Below are positions 57,658 through 64,000 of a stretch of 64,000 nt of DNA, piece by piece. This stretch comes from Gammaproteobacteria bacterium (GTDB lineage Bacteria > Pseudomonadota > Gammaproteobacteria > Chromatiales > Chromatiaceae), in the NCBI GenBank assembly GCA_024275295.1, contig JAJRZI010000075.1, positions 10,903 through 74,902 of the forward strand, written 5' to 3'. Within the stretch, counting starts at the first letter, position 1. The number at the start of each line of letters is the position of its first letter. A program made the translations under genes and the position numbers. A model generated the notes under the pieces. That model was given only the letters and a program-made list of their open reading frames with translations. It was not told the DNA's origin and made no database searches.

Positions 57658-60600
57658 ATGTTTGCTCGATATCTACTCATCCTTGTTTTTCTGCTGGTTG
57701 GATCATCATTAACCTTTAATGATGCTGAAGCTCGAAGTATCGCAGCTAAACGTGAATGTTCAATCTGCCACATTATGTGGCTGGATGACTTTCAGCGGCC
57801 TGAGGCAACGCCACTTATCCCCTATGATCCAAATCCTGTGATGAACACAGGTAAGCAGGATGTTGTCAGTAATGAGCGCAACTGCTTCTCCTGCCATGAT
57901 GGCTTTGTGCTTGATTCCCGGTTTGTATGGCAAAACAAGCAGTATTCCCATCCGGTCGGTGTTGTGCCATCAGATAAAGTAAATCTGCCAACAGCGAATG
58001 AGGCACAGCTGCGACCAGATCTCAATCTTTTTCCGCTGAATAAAGATGGGAAGGTCTACTGCGGGACCTGCCATAGTGCGCATGGTGTGGATTGGAAGCA
58101 GGAGGCCTCTCCGGTCTTTCTGCGAGCCAAAAATATTGAGTCAAGTATCTGCCTTAACTGCCATAGAAATCGAAGTACCGGCCCAAAAGGTGGCAATCAT
58201 CCCATTCGCAGGAAACTGGAGAACATTCCAGCTGAATTGTTGGATAAGGGATCCAAGTTTGGCAAGGACAATATTATTATTTGTCAGTCATGCCATCGTA
58301 TCCATGGTGGACGTGACAAGAAGGTGTTGGTGGCCTCAAACAGGAACTCTGCGCTGTGCGGCAAGTGTCACAGTGATCGTTATGCCAAGGATAGGGTTGA
58401 GTCTACAAAGATGGGAACCCACCCGGTTAATATCACCTCGAAAAAGGTCAAAATCCCCAAGGAGATTATTGACAGAGGTGGCAAGCTTGGGGAGAAGGGG
58501 CAGATCATTTGTCAGACATGTCACCGTCCACATCTGGCAGAGAAAAAAGCCACTATTCTGGTTAAGAAAAATGGTAATGACTCGGCGCTTTGCCGGACAT
58601 GCCATCTGAAGGAGGGGCGGGTAAAAAATACCAAACATAATATGGTGCTGCAGGAGAAGGAGGTTAAGAACATACGTGGCCAGAAGGTGAGTGAGGCCGG
58701 GGTGTGCAGCGCCTGTCATCTTCCCCATAATGGAAATGGCCCAAGGATGTGGGCACGTAAGATTGGTGCTGGCCCTGAGAAAATATCGAGGCTGTGCCTG
58801 AGTTGTCACAGCAAGGGAAAGATTGCTGAGCACAAACAGGTTGGCTCGATCAGTCATCCTCTCGGGCGCAATATGTCCCGTCTGGGTGAAGCGGTGAAAC
58901 TCCCTGGGTTCACAGATGCCGGGTTGAAAAAAATAGGCGATATGAAGGGCAAAGTATCCTGCGCCAGTTGCCATAATCCGCACCAATGGGATCCTAAAAA
59001 CCCTGATAAATCATCTAAACCAGGTGAACCAAGTGATGCAAATAACCGCTTCCTGCGTGTAGCTAATAAAGGCTCTAATGCACTATGCCGTACCTGTCAT
59101 AAGGATAAGGCGGGTATAAAGGGAACCAAGCATGATGTAGCCACGATGGATGCTTCGGCAAAAAGTGAAAATGGAACCCCGGGGTTATGCAAAACCTGCC
59201 ATCTTGTGCATAAAGGAAAGGGGCCGCGTCTGTGGGCAAGAGCGCCGCTTAAAGGGGTTGATCCCATCTCGTCAATCTGCCTGAGTTGTCATAATAAAAA
59301 AGGGTTAGGTAAAAAGAAAACCATTGGAGAGCATAGCCATCCTGTTAATGTGCCTCTGTCCAATCTGGGTATTGTCTCTTCAAATAACGGTTGGGTGATT
59401 GGCACAAAGAAAAAACCTGATGAAAGATATAAAAATAGAAAATTAAAAGTGCTGCCGTTATTTGATGCGAAAGGTAAAAAAACAGCTGAAGATGGTCGGG
59501 TGACCTGTGCCAGCTGTCATAACCTGCACCGTTGGTCAGCTGCATCAAAGGCAGTTAAAGGTGCTGCACTGACCGCTGAAGGCGATGCAAAAACGAGTTT
59601 CTTGCGCATCTCCAACACTCAAAAAGCAGAGTTATGCATCAATTGCCACTTTGACAAGGGAGCAGTGGCCTTATCCAAACACAACCTGGCGATTACTGCA
59701 CCAGAGGAACGGAACAGCATCGGGCAGAAGGCCAAGGATATTGTGGTCTGTTTTAACTGCCATGTACCACACAATGCAGATGGGGCAAAGCTCTGGGGCA
59801 GGGGATTTGGCCCAGGTGGTGATAGGGCTGAATCAATGTGTCGAGAGTGTCACCGGGATGATGGTATTGCTAAAAATAAGCAGACAGGTGAGTTCACTCA
59901 TCCACTGCAGGCAAACATAAAAAAGGTTGGAGGAAGAACCAAATTGCCCTTATTTAATAAAAAGGGTGAGCGTAGCGACAGTAAATCTGGCTGAAGGGTC
60001 AGCTGTCCCTCCTGTCATAATCCTCATCAGTGGGATCCAGCAGATCCACTGAGTAAGGCCGGTGCCGATGCAAAGGTTGAAGGCGACGCAAATACCAGTT
60101 TCCTGCGTATGCCTGCTGCACCAGATGGGGCCTTGTGCGCGTATTGCCATCGTGACAAACGCTGGGTGAAGGGCACGGATCATGATCTTAGGGTGACTGC
60201 GCCAGAAGCTAAAAATCTACGCGGTGAAACCGTTCAGCAATCAGGTATCTGCCAGCAATGCCATCTGGTTCACAATGCAAGACAGGCTCTACGATTGTGG
60301 GCGCGTAAGCCAGGGCTTGGACAAGATATTAATGAACAGATGTGTCGAGGTTGTCATGATAAAGGCCTGGCAGCACAGCAGAAGATCCCGATAAAGAAAA
60401 ATCATCCGGCTAAGGTGAAGGCGCAGATTCTTCGGCAACGAGCCCGTCGAGGCCCGGTGCGTGGGTTTACCCCCCTATTTGATGAGGATGGAAAGAGAGC
60501 AAATACCGGTATTATCTCATGCCCCACTTGCCATAACCCACATCGCTGGAGTCCTGTAGTTATGGAATATGGTACAGGTGAGAATATTGAAGGTAATTCG

Positions 60601-60729
60601 CGAAGTAGTTTCCTACGCAATCGTAGTAAATTGGCATTGTGCTCAAACTGTCATGGCATGGATGCGTTATTCAGATATAAGTACTTCCATGGCAAGTCCT
60701 CGCGTAAAAAACATCAGTTATATCGCTGA
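57658..60729 (+). pseudogene. 24-haem c-type cytochrome (about 1022 aa), one frame interrupted by an in-frame TGA at 59992-59994 (pseudogene, read-through or sequence error)
   Basis: ORFs 57658..59994 (18 CxxCH, signal peptide) and 60109..60729 (5 CxxCH, no signal peptide) share a frame. Codons 59995-60108 have no stop and encode RVSCPSCHNPHQWDP...NTSFLR, the missing fourth haem of a repeat unit. Confidence 0.75.
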
Positions 60730-61012
60730 TGTAATGATTGTATTAGGAAGAAAAGGCACTATTCTCGACCTGTCTTATTAAGAGAGGCCGTTTTGCAGCT
60801 AATTTTTTGGTTGGCATGCCTATAATATATAGAGGTGGAGCTAAACAGCTCGTGTGGGTGTATTGTTAAGTCTTTTATATGTGTGATGTTACTGATGGTC
60901 AAAGATAGCCTGAGTACAAACCGCTAGGCAACAGGGATGCTAAATCTATTGGCTAGTAGCGTAGCGCATGCAAAGTTGGTTTGGTTTGAGATTTAAATTA
61001 TGATGGTTAGGT

Positions 61013-61891
61013 ATGGTTGATATGCCATGTAGAGTGCAGATTATCTGCTTTTTGTTGCTGTGTTGCTTAATTCAGGCGGCAATGGCTGGTAATGGCTTGG
61101 GTACTTTGAGCAATACTATTGTAGGCTCAAAACATGATCTGAGCATAAGTAACTACTACGGAATAGATGCATCCTATGGGGTAACCCCTTCAGATCAAAT
61201 CTGTGTATTTTGCCATACACCGCATGGGGCCAATGTTGATCTAAATAATGATGGCACTGTTGATACAGATGATCCTATTCGCCCGTCTGCGCCCCTTTGG
61301 AATCGCAATATTTCTGATACCAGCTTATCGGCTAGCTTTACCCCCTATGGTAGTGCGCCAGGCTATCAAAGCTACACGCTAAATACTGTTTTTGAGGCGG
61401 GTTGGGTGCCTAGTCCTGTATCGCTGGTTTGCTTGAGCTGTCATGATTCAGCTTTGGCAAATAGTGGCAGTTCAGGTATTGTCACCACTTCTGGGTCAGA
61501 GGGCGATACTCACAATTTGGTCAATATGCCTAATCGTGCTGGCGCTGAAACGCCAAACTGTGGCGCCTGCCACCCTGATGGTGGAACTGTTCCTCCTACT
61601 TGGTGGCAGATCGGCCCAGACATGTCGAATGACCACCCTATTTCAATGTCATATCCGCCAAATTATTCAGGTTGGGCAGATGATTTTTATCCTGCACCAA
61701 ATGCAACAAATGGTTGGACGGGTGTTAAGTTATATCAAGGCCGAGTGGAGTGCCCAAGCTGCCATAATCCGCATAATCCCGGTGAGATTGTCTATATAGA
61801 CAACTCATACGCCGTCCCGCTTAAATATGCGCCATTCCTGCGCACAACACTTGATGGCAGTACACTTTGTGTGACCTGTCATAAGAAGTAG
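61013..61891 (+). CDS. pentahaem c-type cytochrome, same small secreted family as 47364..48137
   Basis: 292 aa. GSKHDLS...QICVFCHTPH...PLWNR. CVFCH, CLSCH, CGACH, CPSCH, CVTCH. Ends LCVTCHKK. Confidence 0.8.
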   Translation: MVDMPCRVQIICFLLLCCLIQAAMAGNGLGTLSNTIVGSKHDLSISNYYGIDASYGVTPSDQICVFCHTPHGANVDLNNDGTVDTDDPIRPSAPLWNRNISDTSLSASFTPYGSAPGYQSYTLNTVFEAGWVPSPVSLVCLSCHDSALANSGSSGIVTTSGSEGDTHNLVNMPNRAGAETPNCGACHPDGGTVPPTWWQIGPDMSNDHPISMSYPPNYSGWADDFYPAPNATNGWTGVKLYQGRVECPSCHNPHNPGEIVYIDNSYAVPLKYAPFLRTTLDGSTLCVTCHKK

Positions 61892-62056
61892 GCTTCCTAA
61901 AAGGCGCTTGTAAAACGCCGGAGCTGGCTCCTGGTAGCGTTAGAAGCCGGCTGGTGCGTACACTTGATAGTGTACTATTCTAATGAGATAGGTTACCTGT
62001 CTATGTTATAGAAGCAAGGGGGCATGTGGAGATATGTGTAATATGGGGAATGTGAA

Positions 62057-63097
62057 GTGACAATTTTTCGCTGGCTACTACTCGTTATGGTGATGGTTGT
62101 GCCCTGTGCAGGGTTACAGGCTGCATCGCCCCAGTCTGAGGAAGAAGATATTATCGATTTGGTGTGGCCACCCAAGCCTATGCCAGCACGTATCCGCTAC
62201 CTGAATGCAATTGCCAGCTTTGATGATATTAAGTATGAAAAAGGTTTTTGGGAAAAGTTTTGGGATCTCATTAGAGGGGAACAACAGAATAGCCAGCTCA
62301 AACCCACAGCTGTGGCTGTAGATGATAAGGGGCGGATGAGTGTTGCTGACCCAACAGGAAAAGTGGTTCACGTTTATGATCAAAAAACGGGTGATTATTG
62401 GGTCATAGAAGAGGCAGATGTTCCTCTAATATTGCCCGTTGGACTGGCGGTAGATGAAAAAGGCAATATCTATGTTTCTGATGGTGGCCTGAAGAAAGTA
62501 TGCGTTTTTTCTCCAAAAGGTAAATATCTGAGGTCGATTGGGGATGCTGAGCAGATAGAACGCCCCACAAGTATTGCTATTGATACAACCAGACGTGTGC
62601 TTTATGTGGTCGATACGCCTGCTCATACGATCAGGGTTTTCAATCTGGATGATGGCTCTTTTATCCGTACTATTGGAAAGCGTGGGCGGAAAGAGGGAGA
62701 GTTGAACTTTCCTGGTTATGTCTTTGTTGGGCCAAATGGATATCTGTATGTTAATGATGCGCTAAATGGGCGGATTCAGGTTTTTGATACTGAGGGTAAG
62801 TTTGTTAACACATTTGGTCGATTTGGTGATGCTTCGGGTACCTTTGCTACGCCAAAGGGCATCGCTGTGGATAGTGATAGAAATATATATGTGGCAGATG
62901 CTGGATTCGATAATATCCAGATTTTTAATAGTCAGGGCCGTTTGTTGTTGGACTTTGGCCGGTCTGGTCAGGCACCGGGTGAATTCTGGACACCCTCGGG
63001 CTTATACTTTGATAGTAAAGACCGATTATATGTAGCCGATGCATACAATAGACGGATACAGATTTTTCAGTATTTGAAGACAGCGGTGAAGCAATGA
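62057..63097 (+). CDS. NHL-repeat beta-propeller protein
   Basis: 346 aa (GTG start) with a signal peptide. Repeats YVSDGGLKKVCVFSPKGK, YVVDTPAHTIRVFNLDDG, YVNDALNGRIQVFDTEGK, YVADAGFDNIQIFNSQG, YVADAYNRRIQIFQ. Confidence 0.85.
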   Translation: MTIFRWLLLVMVMVVPCAGLQAASPQSEEEDIIDLVWPPKPMPARIRYLNAIASFDDIKYEKGFWEKFWDLIRGEQQNSQLKPTAVAVDDKGRMSVADPTGKVVHVYDQKTGDYWVIEEADVPLILPVGLAVDEKGNIYVSDGGLKKVCVFSPKGKYLRSIGDAEQIERPTSIAIDTTRRVLYVVDTPAHTIRVFNLDDGSFIRTIGKRGRKEGELNFPGYVFVGPNGYLYVNDALNGRIQVFDTEGKFVNTFGRFGDASGTFATPKGIAVDSDRNIYVADAGFDNIQIFNSQGRLLLDFGRSGQAPGEFWTPSGLYFDSKDRLYVADAYNRRIQIFQYLKTAVKQ

Positions 63098-64000
63098 GAA
63101 TGCAGTTTTATTCCATATCGTGGTGGCAGTTGTTGGGGGTGTGCTTGTTACTTGGTTGCATCGGCCTGGTAGATGCCGGCATTGAAACCACGAAGCATAA
63201 TCTTTCAGCCAGTTCTGGGAATACACACAAAGCTACAGCTGAAGAAAGAATCTGTCTTATGTGCCACACGCCGCATAATGCCAATCCGGCAGGGCCACTG
63301 TGGAATCACCAACTCTCATCAAGTGGCACAACCTACACACCTTACAGTAGCAGCACACTCAATGCGGCGCCAGGGCAGCCAACAGGGGCATCAAAGCTCT
63401 GCCTTGCTTGTCATGATGGCACCATTGCACTAGGCGCGCTGCTTAATATGCCAGGGGCAATTCAGGGGTATGATGGGCTGAGCCAACCATTCTACAATGG
63501 TATTATCCCTGGTTTAGAGTCCTCGATGACGGGGGCTGCCAACCTGGGCATAGATCTTCGTGATGATCATCCCATCTCCTTTGTTTATGATCTCGCTTTA
63601 GCGGGTTATAGCCTGGAGTTTAATGACCCTGCAACCTTAACAGGCAATGTCCGCCTCGATGGTAATAATGAGCTGCAGTGCACCAGTTGCCATGATCCAC
63701 ACACTGATGTGAATCCTAAATTTCTGCGCATGCCATTTACTGATGTCGGGGGATTTGGTTCACCCCTCTGCCGCGAATGCCACAACAAAGATGGCTGGGG
63801 GCTGGGCAATAAACACCGTGATTCCATTGCCCAGTGGAATGGTACCGGCACCAACCCCTGGCATATCACAGGGCAGAATGTGGCAAATGATATTGGCTCC
63901 ACGCCCAAGATCAATGGTTGCGAGAACTGCCATCAGCCGCACAACAATCCCAACCTCAACGAACGGCTACTAAAAGGGGATGGTGAGTCGGGACTCTGCG
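63094..64000 (+). CDS. multihaem c-type cytochrome, 5' part only (runs off the right edge), same family as 47364 and 61013
   Basis: Not in the ORF track (open-ended). ATG 63094 overlaps the NHL stop (ATGA). Hand translation gives MRMQFYSISWWQLLGVCLLLGCIGLVDAGIETTKHNLSASSGNTHKATAEERICLMCHTPHNANPAGPLWNH... There are 5 CxxCH so far (CLMCH, CLACH, CTSCH, CRECH, CENCH). Confidence 0.8.
   Translation, partial: MRMQFYSISWWQLLGVCLLLGCIGLVDAGIETTKHNLSASSGNTHKATAEERICLMCHTPHNANPAGPLWNHQLSSSGTTYTPYSSSTLNAAPGQPTGASKLCLACHDGTIALGALLNMPGAIQGYDGLSQPFYNGIIPGLESSMTGAANLGIDLRDDHPISFVYDLALAGYSLEFNDPATLTGNVRLDGNNELQCTSCHDPHTDVNPKFLRMPFTDVGGFGSPLCRECHNKDGWGLGNKHRDSIAQWNGTGTNPWHITGQNVANDIGSTPKINGCENCHQPHNNPNLNERLLKGDGESGLC

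Noticed and set aside
59992-60051. Selenocysteine decoding of the in-frame TGA. A 9-bp stem with one bulge (CAGTGGGATC...GATCCACTG) lies at 60028-60051.
   Set aside because: The hairpin starts 33 nt after the UGA, further than the E. coli-type SECIS geometry I recall. The position is a variable loop between haem sites with no Cys in the paralogous repeats. No sel genes are in the window. The other interrupted genes use TAG and TAA, which Sec cannot explain.
60730-61012. TATAAT hexamer (CCTATAATAT) and TGGCATGCC in the spacer upstream of the pentahaem gene, as possible promoter elements.
   Set aside because: There is no acceptable -35 at 16-18 bp, and the TGGCA has no GC at the -12 position. 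This cannot be supported from sequence alone.

Overview
This 64-kb window comes from the chromosome of a Gram-negative, proteobacterial-type genome, as shown by LptF, EptA, a sigma54 activator and BamB-like propellers.

**1-34 kb: mostly recognisable housekeeping and envelope genes.**
- glgA (partial), pgi and lptF.
- An eptA-PAP2-OmpR/HK (PmrAB-like) operon, headed and flanked by PmrA-box-like TTAA half-site arrays.
- A sigma54 promoter driving a small secreted protein, next to an HK/NtrC-type pair.
- A YajR-type MFS gene joined by a 4-nt overlap to a six-gene Hyf/Ehr-type hydrogenase-like membrane complex. Its large subunit has lost 3 of the 4 Ni-Fe cysteines.
- trkH, malic enzyme, a PEP-CTERM repeat protein, uvrB (3' end frameshifted) and an aminotransferase.
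- An orphan FimT/GspH pseudopilin, two Usp genes, and HDOD, MBL-fold and Na/Pi-cotransporter genes.

**34.7-64 kb: the stand-out region.** This is a ~29-kb supercluster containing:
- 11 c-type cytochrome genes, with 97 CxxCH plus 3 CX3-4CH motifs counted by hand;
- four NHL beta-propeller genes;
- two FdnI/HydC-like cytochrome b genes;
- a PQQ/BamB-like propeller plus a remnant of a second one;
- a 587-aa putative outer-membrane beta-barrel.

These genes form two paralogous sets, one at 34742-42772 on the minus strand and one at 49002-60729 on the plus strand, plus satellite NHL+cytochrome pairs. Each set contains a CbcBA-like inner-membrane module, an octahaem cytochrome, an NHL propeller and a ~1000-aa 24-haem cytochrome built from tandem tetrahaem units. 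I read this as a candidate, largely uncharacterised trans-envelope (extracellular) electron-transfer system.

Four cytochrome reading frames are interrupted only by single in-frame stop codons (TAG, TAA, TAG, TGA), and conserved sequence continues after each stop.

I recognised no rRNA, tRNA, CRISPR, transposase or integrase. All calls rest on reading the translated ORFs and the DNA by eye; no database search or computation was possible.
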